From the NCBI GenBank assembly GCA_965222375.1, contig CBDCTZ010000015.1, positions 640,001 through 704,000 on the forward strand: 64,000 bases of DNA, written 5' to 3'. This stretch comes from Polyangiaceae bacterium. GTDB taxonomy: Bacteria; Myxococcota_A; Polyangia; Polyangiales; Polyangiaceae. A program made the translations under genes and the position numbers. The notes under the pieces were generated by a model. It saw only the letters and a program-made list of their open reading frames with translations, did not search any database and had not been told where the DNA came from. Positions 29,427-39,915 of the stretch are shown here, piece after piece (the first letter of the stretch is position 1; every line of letters begins with the position of its first letter).

Positions 29427-29688
29427 AGGTTGACATAACCGTGGTCAATTGTCTCGGGAGTCCTTGTTTTGAAGTGTTACGCGGACGGCGGTTCGCGGCT
29501 GGCTCTAGCGCCCCGAGGCGCTTCTGAATTGCTGCCGGCGGCCCCATCGAGGTCGACAGCGACCAAGCGCCGGAAGTCGGGGCAGGACTATCCCGCACCA
29601 AGCTTGCCTCCCGGGCGCAGATGTAGGAAACGCGGTTTGCAACTGCGGTCGGCGCGTCGAGCCCGTCACCCACAGAAGGAGAAGCCCC

Positions 29689-30240
29689 GTGAAGTACTTG
29701 TCGTTGTTGGTTGGCGCTTGCGCCGTGAGTGTTGGTTTCCTGGCCTGTTCGAGTGATGACTCGGGTGGTGGCGGCACGGGTGGTTCCGGCGCAGCCGCGA
29801 CCGGCGGATTTGGCGCAGGCGGTGCCGCCACGGGCGGTGTTGGCGCCGGTGGCGCAGCGACCGGCGGAACTGGAGCTGTCGCGACGGGTGGTACGGGAGC
29901 CACTGGCACAGGCGGCGCCTCGTCGTGTCCGGGCACTTTGTTGGGCCAGAAGTGCACGGTTCTGCAGTCGCCGGACGCCGCCCAAAACGCGTGCATCCAG
30001 GGTCAATGCTGCAGCACCCTCGAAACTTGCCTCGCCGACGCCGAATGCTCTTCCTTCTTTGCGTGCAACGCCACTTGCCAGCAAGGTGGCGGAACACCGC
30101 AGACCTGTAGTCAGCAGTGCCAGAACTGCATCGGCGGAGCAACTGCATTGGTGACCGCCTTCAACCAATGCATGGCGACCTGCGCCAGTGGCGACGGTGG
30201 TACGGCTGATGGTGGCGCCAGCGACGCCGCGACGGACTGA
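29689..30240 (+). CDS. Gly-rich, Cys-rich lipoprotein
   Basis: AGGAGA RBS, FLAC lipobox, GGAAT repeats and a Cys-rich helical domain. Confidence 0.85.
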   Translation: MKYLSLLVGACAVSVGFLACSSDDSGGGGTGGSGAAATGGFGAGGAATGGVGAGGAATGGTGAVATGGTGATGTGGASSCPGTLLGQKCTVLQSPDAAQNACIQGQCCSTLETCLADAECSSFFACNATCQQGGGTPQTCSQQCQNCIGGATALVTAFNQCMATCASGDGGTADGGASDAATD

Positions 30241-30358
30241 GCCACCCGAAGCCCTCAGCGCGCCTCAACGGTTACTCCGTCGAGGCGCGTCTTTTTTCGC
30301 GGCTGAGCGGGTTTTGCCGACCATGGTCGGGTAAATCCCACCGGCTCGGTCGACAAGC

Positions 30359-30631
30359 TCTTGCGGTGGCGGGGTAACGGCTGGCACGGGCGCCGGCAGC
30401 ACTGGTGGCACCGGCGCCGGTGGCAGCGGAGGAACCGGGGGCACCTTCGTGGTCTGCGACTATGCCGCGAGCGTGCTCAAGACAGAAGCCGCGAAGCTCA
30501 GCCCCGGAGGCGTAGTCGAGCTCCTCGGCGCGGGCTACGACTCGAAGCTGGTTGACGCGACCGGCGGGCATGACGTGCTGCAGTACTCCGCACCCCCAAA
30601 CGACGCCACTAAGAACCAACCGTCACCGTAG
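30359..30631 (+). pseudogene. Remnant of a Gly-rich lipoprotein gene
   Basis: Frame reads SCGGGVTAGTGAGSTGGTGAGGSGGTGGTFVVCDY... with no start codon or signal peptide. Confidence 0.5.
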
Positions 30632-31847
30632 CGAAACGCACGTGGCGTACGCCGACGCAGCCTTCGGTCCAGAGCACGCCGACCTTGCCGTCCTCGGTCA
30701 CGGCAACGTCGTGGTGCTCGATGCAACTTCCGGCAATGCGATCGTACATCTCGATGGGCCCCACGTCTTGGTCGAAGCTCTCGTCGAGCAAGTGCAGGTC
30801 GACGTGAATCGACAGGGGGTTCGTGGACTTCCACTTGCCGCGATCCACCAGCACAGCATAGCCACAGTCCCCGCGTCGTGCGATCTTGGGACGTTTTCCT
30901 TGCGCAACCGGTACCTGATAGCGCTGGGTCGCCGTGTCGGGGCGAATGGTCAGCAGGGTGGCGCCAAGATCGGTGTCGTAGACCCCCACCAGCGGCCGCG
31001 CCTCATCGATACTGGAAGTGATGTGCAGTGCGCCCGCAGCCTGAAACAACTGCGTCGGCTCAGGGGGCGGCGCGCCGTACTCGAAGCGGCCCAAGCTCAG
31101 CCACTGCGGGCCGCCCGGGCCACCGGTGTTTTGGAGCACCCGGTCGGGCCAAAGCCACAGATAGCCGTAGTGATGGCCAGGTCCTGTGTACGGCGGATAG
31201 AGCGGGTCGGGCCCAGCGAGCAGCGCTCCCTCGCGAGAAAAGCGAGCGGCTTGCGGGATCGCGCTCGCGAACTTGCGCAGCACGAAGTCCAAGCCCTGGT
31301 CGGAAACGAAGAACCTCGGCACGTTCACCGAAACCCCTGGCTGCAGCTCCAGCGCTGGCCCGACAACGCCAGAAAGCGCCACCGGACGCATGCGCAAGTG
31401 CTCCTTGCCCGTATCGAATTCGTCGCCAGTCCACGCCACCATCAGCCTGTCACCGTCGAGAGCCATGAACGCACCGTCGACACTGGGCGAAAAGTCTTCG
31501 GTCACATTGATGGCGTCGCCTTGCACACTCCCCTCCGCGTCGATGAAGTAGAGCATCGCCTCGTAACGTCCCTTGACCAAGAGCGTCACCAGCGCAGCCC
31601 ATCGGTCACCGAGCCCGAGCAGTTGTTGCCGCGACACGCCGTTGTCCTCGACGAAGGCTTTCCCCTCGGCAACAGTCACGTTCCCTTTGCACCTCGCGAC
31701 TCCACCGCCACCACCCCCAGCGCCGAAGCCACCGCCGCCACTGACTCCGCCCACAGCCTCACCAGCGAGTAGGCCGCTCCTCGAGCCACAGGCCACACAG
31801 GCCCAACACGAGACGAGTGCCAAAAAACACGGAGCCGTCTTGCCCAT
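30609..31847 (-). CDS. Lipoprotein with CGSRSGL N-terminus, beta-rich
   Basis: CVACGSRSGL lipobox followed by a Gly linker. Confidence 0.8.
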   Translation of the reverse strand: MGKTAPCFLALVSCWACVACGSRSGLLAGEAVGGVSGGGGFGAGGGGGGVARCKGNVTVAEGKAFVEDNGVSRQQLLGLGDRWAALVTLLVKGRYEAMLYFIDAEGSVQGDAINVTEDFSPSVDGAFMALDGDRLMVAWTGDEFDTGKEHLRMRPVALSGVVGPALELQPGVSVNVPRFFVSDQGLDFVLRKFASAIPQAARFSREGALLAGPDPLYPPYTGPGHHYGYLWLWPDRVLQNTGGPGGPQWLSLGRFEYGAPPPEPTQLFQAAGALHITSSIDEARPLVGVYDTDLGATLLTIRPDTATQRYQVPVAQGKRPKIARRGDCGYAVLVDRGKWKSTNPLSIHVDLHLLDESFDQDVGPIEMYDRIAGSCIEHHDVAVTEDGKVGVLWTEGCVGVRHVRFATVTVGS

Positions 31848-32361
31848 CGCAGTCAGACCTCAGCAGCGCCACGCTTTGGAAACAAGAGTCGTCCACAAAC
31901 GCCAGTCGCACTGTCCGACAAATGCGACGGCTTCGAAGACTGCAAAAACGGGGCAGACGAACCCCCGAGCTGCCCCCCGGACCCTCTCGAAGCCGACTGC
32001 AAAAAGCTCGGCCAATGAGCGACCTAGTGGTGGCGTCACCTGACCGGTGTGGTTGGACGCGGGTGTTTTTTGGGGATGTGCCGGAAGCTGCCGTCATCGA
32101 CGGTTCATCGCGGTGCGAGCGGGGACGTCGTCCGCGAGGCAACCGGCTGGCCCGTTCTTGGCGGAGGTCGAGGAGTTGCGCGTGCTGTTGGACCGTGAAG
32201 CACCCGGGCACCTTCGCTGGCGACGCTGGTGAAGGCCTCTCTTGAATCCCCGCCATCCTGGGACGGCGTCGAGTGATCGGCGAAAACGATCTCGGCCGGA
32301 TTCATCGCCACGGTCAGGATGCAGAGGATCCATGCGAAGACTACAAGGCCAAAGTTGCCCC

Positions 32362-33255
32362 TCAGAACGACGCGGTCGGCGGCGAGCCTCGAGTCGAGGA
32401 GGGTGGCGCCGGGGATGAAGCCGGTTGGCGGGTCTGCACATGCCGACGCTTCGGCGGGGGTAGCCCGACGAGGCGCAGGAGCCGCAGTGCGTGAACGTCG
32501 TTGGGACGTTTCGCAGTTGCGCGCGCAACGAGCGCTCGAGCCTCTTCGGCCCTGCCCGCGCGGATCAGGGCACGTGCTCGAAGCACTTCGGCTTCCGGAG
32601 CAAGGAGGCGTTGGGGAAAGGTGCGATCATAGCGAGCAAGCACGGCAAGCACCGCAGCCGCACGTCCTTGCTTCAGCGCGCGACGAGCTTCGTCGAGCAC
32701 CGCCGTCTCGGCGCGTAGTTTCTGAGCCCGAGTCTCGAAGCTAGCCACGGAGGGTTCAGGGGCGGCGACACCTTCCCTCGCGCTGGGCTCATGAGGCAGC
32801 GGTGGTCGGAGAATCCCATGCGAGCCTGGCGGAGCGGCGGGTTGGACTGGAGCCGGGTGCGCGCTCGCTTGCGCTGGCGGCGCAGTCGGCGATTTCGGTG
32901 CCACCGCCGCCATCGACGTTGTGGGCGTCAGCGTCGCGGCGGGATCCGGCGCTACACTCGACTCCGCAAGGTAGGAGGCGCCAGTCGCTGTCACGAGCCC
33001 CAGGAGTATTCCGGACCCGAACCACTTCGCCAACAACAGGGAGATGGCGGTCTTGGCTCCGCCGGCTCCGGTCTTGGCCACGCCGACCGCCGTGGCCGCC
33101 GCCACGCTACCCGCAATGGTCGCGGGAAGCCCCAAAGCCAGCGCCGCACTTTTCACTTGCTCGGGCGAAGGACCATCGCCTTGCGCCGACTCGAGCACCT
33201 CTTGCAGCTCGGGCTCCAGGGAGCCGCCGAGCAGGGGCCGCAGCTCGTGCCTCAC
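32362..33255 (-). CDS. Putative anti-sigma factor (single TM, Pro-rich linker, C-terminal TPR-like helices)
   Basis: Overlaps the ECF sigma stop codon. Contains LRAETAVLDEARRAL...YDRTFPQRLLAPEAEVLRARAL. Confidence 0.75.
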   Translation of the reverse strand: MRHELRPLLGGSLEPELQEVLESAQGDGPSPEQVKSAALALGLPATIAGSVAAATAVGVAKTGAGGAKTAISLLLAKWFGSGILLGLVTATGASYLAESSVAPDPAATLTPTTSMAAVAPKSPTAPPAQASAHPAPVQPAAPPGSHGILRPPLPHEPSAREGVAAPEPSVASFETRAQKLRAETAVLDEARRALKQGRAAAVLAVLARYDRTFPQRLLAPEAEVLRARALIRAGRAEEARALVARATAKRPNDVHALRLLRLVGLPPPKRRHVQTRQPASSPAPPSSTRGSPPTASF

Positions 33256-33800
33256 AGGTCACCTCCTAGCTTCGCCACGCCAGCGGCTTGCAAAAACAGA
33301 GCGCGCGCTCGGCGTAGACGGGTCTTCACGGTCCCCAAAGGCACCGCAAGAATGTTCGCGATTTCCTGCAGCGAATGCCCTTCGAGTTCGAACATCACGA
33401 AGGGTGCGCGCAGCTCTGCGGGGATGGCGTCCAGCCAACCATCGAGTCGTGCACGGCGCTGCTTCAGGTCCAAGAGCTGCTCGGGCGTGGCGTCGCTGGC
33501 TCGTTTCTGAACCTCACCATCGTCGGGACAATCCTTGCGTCGGGCTGCGCCTCGCCGCGCGTTGGCCGCGACCCGCTGGGCAGCTGCCGCCAAGAAGGCG
33601 CGCTCGCGGCCTCGGGTGATTTGCCCCAACTTGTCATTCGCGATCAGGAACACCTGTTGAGCGACATCGTCCACCTGCGCTTCGCTGACCCCGAGGCGTC
33701 GGATCAGCCGCCACACCCAAGTGTAGTGTTGTCGGAATAGATGCGCGAAGCGCTCCTTCGAGCTGTCCGGACCCGCCTCCACAACGGCCTGAGGCGTCAA
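33252..33800 (-). CDS. ECF RNA polymerase sigma factor
   Basis: Region 2 (VDDVAQQVF) and region 4 (EGHSLQEIANILAVPLGTVKTRLRRAR). Confidence 0.93.
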   Translation of the reverse strand: MTPQAVVEAGPDSSKERFAHLFRQHYTWVWRLIRRLGVSEAQVDDVAQQVFLIANDKLGQITRGRERAFLAAAAQRVAANARRGAARRKDCPDDGEVQKRASDATPEQLLDLKQRRARLDGWLDAIPAELRAPFVMFELEGHSLQEIANILAVPLGTVKTRLRRARALFLQAAGVAKLGGDL

Positions 33801-34738
33801 AATCTCGTCTCCGCGGCAAGTCCGAGATAGGGCGCGACAGCCGGAATCTGGTGAACTTCGTCGTCTGGCCGAAAGAAGAAGCTATCCCGCACGAGGGGCG
33901 CCACTGCTCCGACCTCCGCGGACAGCGTTAGGGGGTCGACAGGGCGCACCCCCAAGCCCAGCTGTGCGCCAGGCCCGTACCAAGTCACAGCTACCGAGCG
34001 AGGCGTCGCGACTCGAGTGCCCTGCGCCGAAAGGCGCCCCAGCTCAAAAGTGGCGCAGGCTCTCGGCGACACGACATCATCGGGCGCCACGACGACGCAG
34101 ACCCCAGCGCGGGCAGCTAGCCACTCTAGCTCGGCCCTCCCAGAGGAGTTTTCGGCACTTCCTCGGGCGAGCAGGATGTCCAGACGAACCGCCGGAAGCA
34201 CCGGAGCCGTGGACTCGAACACAACCCCGCCGCTGACTCCAAGATATGGCACGAACCCCTGGTCGACGCCGCGCGCCGCGCCACCGCGAACGCCGAAGGT
34301 GGGCCGGACTGCGGTGGGTGCCGATGCGGCGGGCTTGGTCGCCGGTTGAAGTCGAGGTGACGTGGTCGCTGTGGACGGCGGTTCGGGGGTTGGCGCTTCG
34401 GCATCGGGATCGACGAGTAGCGCAAGCACCAGCGCCAGGGCCGACACCACCTCGTCGCAGTCAGCACCTTCGACCTCGCGCTCGGCTTCGACCCCGGCTT
34501 CGGCGTAGCGCAAAGTCCCTCGGGGAGGATCACTGCCGACCTCGATCCGAACGGTGACTGCTGCGGAGCCGACAACTCGCTGGGCACGATGGCTGCGCTG
34601 CTTGACCCGTGCGACCAGCTCTGCCTCAGCGGGACATCGCGCGTCGGCGGTATACTCCAGAGCATAGCTGCGCACCGCTGCGGCGTTGGTTGCGGATTGC
34701 TCGGACGCACGGGATGGGGTGGTGAGTGCGAGCATCAT
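33797..34738 (-). CDS. Exported, probable outer-membrane protein of the ECF cassette
   Basis: CP...REVEGADCDEVVSALAL motif and beta-barrel-like C-terminus ending in F. The start is uncertain. Confidence 0.7.
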   Translation of the reverse strand: MMLALTTPSRASEQSATNAAAVRSYALEYTADARCPAEAELVARVKQRSHRAQRVVGSAAVTVRIEVGSDPPRGTLRYAEAGVEAEREVEGADCDEVVSALALVLALLVDPDAEAPTPEPPSTATTSPRLQPATKPAASAPTAVRPTFGVRGGAARGVDQGFVPYLGVSGGVVFESTAPVLPAVRLDILLARGSAENSSGRAELEWLAARAGVCVVVAPDDVVSPRACATFELGRLSAQGTRVATPRSVAVTWYGPGAQLGLGVRPVDPLTLSAEVGAVAPLVRDSFFFRPDDEVHQIPAVAPYLGLAAETRF

Positions 34739-34820
34739 GAGCACCTGCGCCGCCAATAGATTGGCTGGGCCCGGGGTTGAGCGGCACGGAGCAGCAAGGG
34801 CTCCGTGCCTCCTTTCGGGC

Positions 34821-35453
34821 TCAGATACAATTCGTGCCGTCGAAGCACTTCCCAACGGGACAGTCACACTTCTGCACGGTCTTACTGTTGCCGGGACTGC
34901 AACCGCAAGCGCCGACATTGCACGTGTTGGGAAAATCTCCACCGCCCTTGCAGCACAAGCCGGAGCTGACGACGCCCCCCGACTTCACACAAGACGTCGC
35001 CACGCCACCACCAGCGCCGGCGCTGCCACCCGCGCCACTACTGCCTCCGGCGCCTCCACTACCCGAACTGGCACAGGTCGCGCCATCCCAGCAGGTGCCC
35101 GCAGGGCAATTGCACACCTTGACGGCGTGAGTGGAGCCGGGACCACAACCGCAGGCTCCTACAGCACACATATCGGGAAAGTCCCCGGCGGAAAGGCAGC
35201 ACTCAGCGGTCGCCACACTCCCGCCCGCCTTGACGCAGGCGGAATCAGCGCCGCCGCTACCACCAGCCCCGGCAGTGCCCGCACCCCCACCCGTGCCACC
35301 TGCACTTCCTGCAGCGCCGGAGCTACCCGCGGAGCCGGAGCTTCCGCCCGTCCCGGCGTCGCTGCCACCCAGATCGTGGGCATCATCGCTGCATCCCAGA
35401 GGGACAGCGCAACAGGCGAAGGCCAAAGTCCAAGTAAGTTTCCGAAGTCGCAT
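34821..35453 (-). CDS. Lipoprotein with two tandem Cys-rich modules
   Basis: GGAGGT RBS and PLGC lipobox. Two copies of CVKxGG...CC...GDFP..C.VGACGC.PG....V..C.CP.G.C.DG..C. Confidence 0.88.
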   Translation of the reverse strand: MRLRKLTWTLAFACCAVPLGCSDDAHDLGGSDAGTGGSSGSAGSSGAAGSAGGTGGGAGTAGAGGSGGADSACVKAGGSVATAECCLSAGDFPDMCAVGACGCGPGSTHAVKVCNCPAGTCWDGATCASSGSGGAGGSSGAGGSAGAGGGVATSCVKSGGVVSSGLCCKGGGDFPNTCNVGACGCSPGNSKTVQKCDCPVGKCFDGTNCI

Positions 35454-35778
35454 GAGTACCTCCAAGGTGATACCCGAGTAATGTCCACACCAGGCGCTGA
35501 GGATTTGCCAAATCCCGAAAAAGGTAGATTCCTACAAACCCATCGCCGTCTCTTGGCGCTCGCCAGCACTCTCCGCGTCGAGCAACCGCTCAGCCATCCG
35601 AAAGCCCACTGCGCCCAAACCCAACATGCTGATCTTGTTTATTGCTCGCTCCTTCGCGCCGATGGCCTCGGGGCCCGTAACCCGAGACAGACCCTCGAGA
35701 CCGTTGAAGCCAGCGTATTCATTCCCATTGAGCGAAAAAGTGCCGGGTTTTGACTAAGATATATTCCAAAATCGGAAT

Positions 35779-36308
35779 ATGGACCGCCTCGAAGCGATGC
35801 AAGCGTTCGTGCGGGTCGTGGAGCTCGGCAGCTTCGCTCGCGCGGCAAGGAGTTGCGGGTCAAACAGTCCACGATCAGCAAGAGGAGTTCGACCTGGGCG
35901 CAGACGCGTTCAAGTGTCCGGGCAGCTATCGCAGTGGCAACTCCTTCGAGGGGGCTGACTACAGCACCAAGCTCGTGTCACTCATCGCGCCACTGCAAGG
36001 CAAACAGCCGGAACCGCAGAAAGTGCGCGCTTTCAAACTGGACGCAGTTGGTTGCATGTGTGACCGGCAGGCCTAAGAAGAAGAAGCGAGATTGCCGCTT
36101 CACGACCAAGACCCTCGAGATGTGGGATGGCGAAATAGAGGTCGAGGTGCGCGAGTCGGCCACGGCAAAGTTGGTCGAAACCAAGACCTTCAAGGCCAGC
36201 GCCGGGCGCTGCCCCATCACCCACAAGTTTTGGAAGCACCGAGAAATCTACATGAGCAAACCCGCGTCGGGCTTTTTCAAGTACTTGAAAGAGCTCGAAA
36301 GCGGCTGA
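35779..36308 (+). pseudogene. Chimeric remnant: LysR HTH fragment fused to an unrelated gene tail
   Basis: MDRLEAMQAFVRVVELGSFARAA, frameshift, ELRVKQSTISKR is a LysR HTH. It is followed by non-LysR frameshifted coding sequence. An ATATTCC-N6-GGAATAT inverted repeat lies at 35761-35780. Confidence 0.75.
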
Positions 36309-36381
36309 GCCTGGCTCCCCAAGCTGCCCCGGCCCGGGGCTCGGGTGTAAGCTGGCCGAGGGCTGTCAGTTGTGTTGGGCG

Positions 36382-37002
36382 ATGGCAAAATCGGTAGCCA
36401 GATGCCTGAGCACCGCTGCGTCGGTAGGGTTGTTGCTAGCATGCACGCAGCCCCGAGCCTCTGCCGTCCCAGAGCCCGCGCCAACGCGACAAGGCACACA
36501 AGCCCGACCCGACAGGTCGGGTGCTGCGCCTCTGCGCCCTGCGGCGCGATCCGCGAAGGCAGCGGAAAGCCTCGATCCCGGCGAGCACGAAGTGGTTTTG
36601 CATGCCCTGGCTTGCCCGGACGGGAAAGTGCGCGCAGCCGTGGTGGTCGGAGGGCAAGAAGGGGAGAGTCAGCGCTTCGGCCTGGGCAGATACACCAAGT
36701 GCCCGCGCACGGGCCACTCCAAGTTGCGGATCGAACTCGGCTGCACGAGCGCAGAGTTCCACCACGGCCCGAGTGAACCTGGCGGTGCTGTGCCCATGAT
36801 GGAGCACACGGCGCTGACGGAGATCCGGGTCACGGTCGTCGAAGACAACCTGGTGTTGCACACGCGTACCGAGCGACCCTGGATGCGTCCTGGCTACAAC
36901 GTGGAGGAGACGCGCAAGGTCCTCATGACCCTTGCGGAGCCCAATCGCGTGCAGCTTCTGAAGCCCATTCGCGAGCAGTCCGCAGCGCCGTGCGAGGATT
37001 GA
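36382..37002 (+). CDS. Hypothetical lipoprotein
   Basis: LLLAC lipobox. Confidence 0.7.
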   Translation: MAKSVARCLSTAASVGLLLACTQPRASAVPEPAPTRQGTQARPDRSGAAPLRPAARSAKAAESLDPGEHEVVLHALACPDGKVRAAVVVGGQEGESQRFGLGRYTKCPRTGHSKLRIELGCTSAEFHHGPSEPGGAVPMMEHTALTEIRVTVVEDNLVLHTRTERPWMRPGYNVEETRKVLMTLAEPNRVQLLKPIREQSAAPCED

Positions 37003-37123
37003 GCTCCGAACCGCCCAGCCTGACTGGATGTGGCGGCGAAGTGGGCTGCTAATGGGCAACTTCCGGCTGCTAAGCGGCGCTCAGGCCCGGGGCCCGAGAG
37101 GTGTGCTAGCGTTTTTGGTTGGG

Positions 37124-38293
37124 ATGAGCGCACAAGGCGGGCGCAGCATCGGACGCTACGTGCTGTTCGACCAGATCGCTTCCGGCGGCATGGCGACGGT
37201 GCACCTTGGGCGCCTGGTGGGTCCGGTGGGATTTGCGCGCACGGTGGCCATCAAGCGCTTGCACGCACAGTTTGCCGGCGATGCCGAATTCGTGCGGATG
37301 TTCTTGGACGAAGCTCGCTTGGCAGCACGGATCCATCACCCCAACGTGGTGCTGACCCTGGATGTGGTGGCCCTCGAAGGCGAGGTCTTCCTGGTGATGG
37401 AACACGTCCAGGGGCAATCCCTGTCCAAGCTCGTCTCCGCCAGCGTGGCGCAGAAGGACCGAGTGCCGACACCCATCGCGCTAACCATCCTGACTGGCCT
37501 GCTCGATGGGCTGCACGCGGCCCACGAGGCGAAGGGCGAAAACGGCGAACCGCTACAGATCGTCCATCGGGACATCTCGCCGCAGAACGTGCTGGTCGGT
37601 TCGGACGGCGTGGCGCGGGTCTTGGATTTCGGTGTGGCGAAGGCCGCAAACCGGTTCAGCGACAGCACCGGCGAAGGCAGCATCAAGGGCAAGTTGGCCT
37701 ACATGGCGCCGGAGCAGGTCGCGGGTGGCAGCGTGGATCGGCGCACGGATATCTTTGCGGCCTCGGTGGTTGCCTGGGAGGTGTTCTGCGGGAAGCGCTT
37801 GTTCGCATCGAATCAGCCGAGCAACACGCTCAAGAACGTGTTGGAAAAGCGGATCCCGCGCCCGTCGTCAGTGGTGCCCACCTTGTCCCGCGCTGTGGAC
37901 GCCATCGTGCTTCAGGGACTCGAGCGGGATCCGGACAAGCGCTTTCAGACCGCCGAAGGGATGTCTGTCGCCATCGAGAAGGCCAGCAAGCACGCCTCCA
38001 CCCGGGAAGTGGGCGCTTGGGTCCGAGAGGTGGCCAAAGCCGCTCTCGATGAGCGCAGCGCAAAGCTGGCGCGCGTCGAGGGCATGACACCTCCAAACAC
38101 AGAGGGCCTCGCTGCGGCCACGGCGGACATTGCCGCGACGCAAACGTCGGTGCCAGAATTGCCGGAAAGAACCGGGACTCCGAGTCAACCGCCCTCGCAG
38201 AAAACGGATGTGTCCTTCGAGACTGCGCGAGGGTCGATCCCAGTGCGCTGGAAACCTCGCTATCAAGCACACCCAACGCCTGGATCACCATGA
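37124..38293 (+). CDS. Ser/Thr protein kinase, C-terminus apparently truncated
   Basis: GGMATV, VAIK, HRDISPQN, DFG and YMAPEQ. It lacks the TM tail seen in the kinases at 20714 and 46037. Confidence 0.88.
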   Translation: MSAQGGRSIGRYVLFDQIASGGMATVHLGRLVGPVGFARTVAIKRLHAQFAGDAEFVRMFLDEARLAARIHHPNVVLTLDVVALEGEVFLVMEHVQGQSLSKLVSASVAQKDRVPTPIALTILTGLLDGLHAAHEAKGENGEPLQIVHRDISPQNVLVGSDGVARVLDFGVAKAANRFSDSTGEGSIKGKLAYMAPEQVAGGSVDRRTDIFAASVVAWEVFCGKRLFASNQPSNTLKNVLEKRIPRPSSVVPTLSRAVDAIVLQGLERDPDKRFQTAEGMSVAIEKASKHASTREVGAWVREVAKAALDERSAKLARVEGMTPPNTEGLAAATADIAATQTSVPELPERTGTPSQPPSQKTDVSFETARGSIPVRWKPRYQAHPTPGSP

Positions 38294-38451
38294 AGGTGTC
38301 CCTGAAGGGCAACACCTTTCGCTGCTGGGTTCCGGAGGAACCGGATGTGGACCTCACGATCTCGGACTCGACCTACGCAAGCGGCGCTCCGGGATTGAAA
38401 ACCTACCAGATGGCCGCTGAGCACGACTACTTCCGCGTCAGCCCGAACTAA
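38269..38451 (+). pseudogene. 3' fragment of a beta-sandwich (lectin/DUF1080-like) gene
   Basis: Frame reads TPNAWITMKVSLKGNTFRCWV...ISDSTYASGAPGLKTY...DYFRVSPN*, which is absent from the ORF track. Confidence 0.55.
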
Positions 38452-38455
38452 GCGC

Positions 38456-39305
38456 ATGACGATGCGACCGATCCAGCGGCTACTCGGCGCGACCACCTTC
38501 GCCAGCGCATTGACGGCACCCGCGTTGCATACCGCAGCTCAAGACGCTGAAGCGTGCGTTTCCCTTGCACACTTCGGGGCAGCACTTGAAAGAGAAGGGC
38601 AAGTGGGTGCAAGCCCGAGAGAGTTTCGTCAAATGCGCCTTGGACTCATGCCCCAACGTGGTGCGAGAGGAGTGCGGGAAACTACTTTCATCGCTGGATG
38701 CCAGCATTCCCAGCGTTGTCTTTCAGGCCATAGATGCCAAGGGGCAGCCGACGTCCTCGGTCGAGGTGCGCCTGGATGGGAAGGTCTTCCTGAGGGAACT
38801 GAAGCCGACTGCCGTACCCCTGGATCCTGGCCAGCACCGGTTAACATTCCGCAGCAGCGACGGCAGCGAAGTCGAAAAGACGATCACCGCCGTGGAAGGT
38901 CAGAAGAACCAGCTGGTCGGCATCGACTTCAAACCCAAGCCGCAGCTGAAGCGCGCACCGGTGCGGCGCAAGAAGGTCGTGGAGGACACGGGCGGAAGGA
39001 TTCCGGTGGGCGCATACGTGCTTGGCAGCGTCGCCGTCGTGGGGCTCGGTAGCTTTGGCTACTTTTCTCTCACCGGGAAGAGCAAACAGTCAGATCTGGA
39101 AGACAGCTGCGCGCCTCGTTGCAGTGACGACGACTACGACGACATGCAGCGCAACTACGTGATCGCCGACATATCTCTGGGCGTCGCGTTGATCGCGGGC
39201 GGTGTGGCCACCTGGCTGGTGTTGGATAGTTCGAAGGAAGAAAAACGAGTGGGCGTCGTGCCGCTGCGCTCTGGCGCGGCGGCGAGTTTCCAGGGGCGGT
39301 TCTGA
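38456..39305 (+). pseudogene. Frameshifted TPR/PEGA-like protein
   Basis: The signal peptide frame (…AQDAEACVS) shifts near 38565 into GQHLKEKGKWVQARESFVKCALDSCP…LDPGQH. Confidence 0.7.
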
Positions 39306-39308
39306 GCG

Positions 39309-39874
39309 ATGCCTGTTGGGCCAACTGGGGCGCCCGACGGTGGTTTGCGGCGACGGAGCTGGTTGGGTCGCTTGGGGGCAAAGTTGGCGCTTCGGCGACG
39401 TGGCGCCAACGCGCTCATCTTGAGTGCTGGCCTCGTAGCCGGGTTGCGCCAGCCAACACGACTCAGGGCGGCCCGTCGCGCATCTTCACGCTCTCGCAGA
39501 ACCCTTACGAACGCAACTTCACTTTGGGTCAGGCAGGCAACCGCTACCACATGCGCTTGCGCACCACGACGACCGACGCCAACGGGGAGCCCGCCACCAC
39601 GTCATCGGCGGGTTCGCTGACCACGAACCTGACCCACGTGCTGTACACCCGCGCCAAGGACGGCTCGGCGAGGATCTACCCGAATGGTTCGATCCGGGGA
39701 ACCAGAACCGTGAGTGGCACCTTCAGCCCCTGGGTCAATTCTTACAAGCTTGGTCTTGCCAACGAACACAGCTTGAACCGCAGCTGGCGCGGCGAGCTGC
39801 ACCTCACGGCGGAGTACTCGCGGGCGCTGACTCAAGCAGAAGTCAGCCAGAACTTCGCCGTCGGCGCAGACTAG
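39309..39874 (+). pseudogene. Internally deleted LamG-domain protein gene
   Basis: A signal-like N-terminus (…ALILSAGLVAG) is joined out of frame to PANTTQGGPSRIFTLS…RNFTLGQ…LGLANE…YSRALTQAEVSQNF, a LamG-like C-terminus. Confidence 0.65.
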
Positions 39875-39915
39875 CCTGGCGGCTCCCGCGGTGCGGGGCG
39901 GGCGTGGGCGGCGAA

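Noticed and set aside
29623..29647. GTAG followed by a CGCGGTT-TGC-AACTGCG hairpin (REP-like)
   Set aside because: Single copy in the window and not clearly related to the three-copy repeat.
31850..32360. Short ORFs between the lipoprotein and the anti-sigma gene
   Set aside because: No recognisable motif, RBS or consistent frame. Possibly decayed sequence, but unsupported.
34821..35453. DGR template/variable repeat pair
   Set aside because: The two modules are in-frame protein repeats that differ at all base types, and there is no reverse transcriptase in the window.
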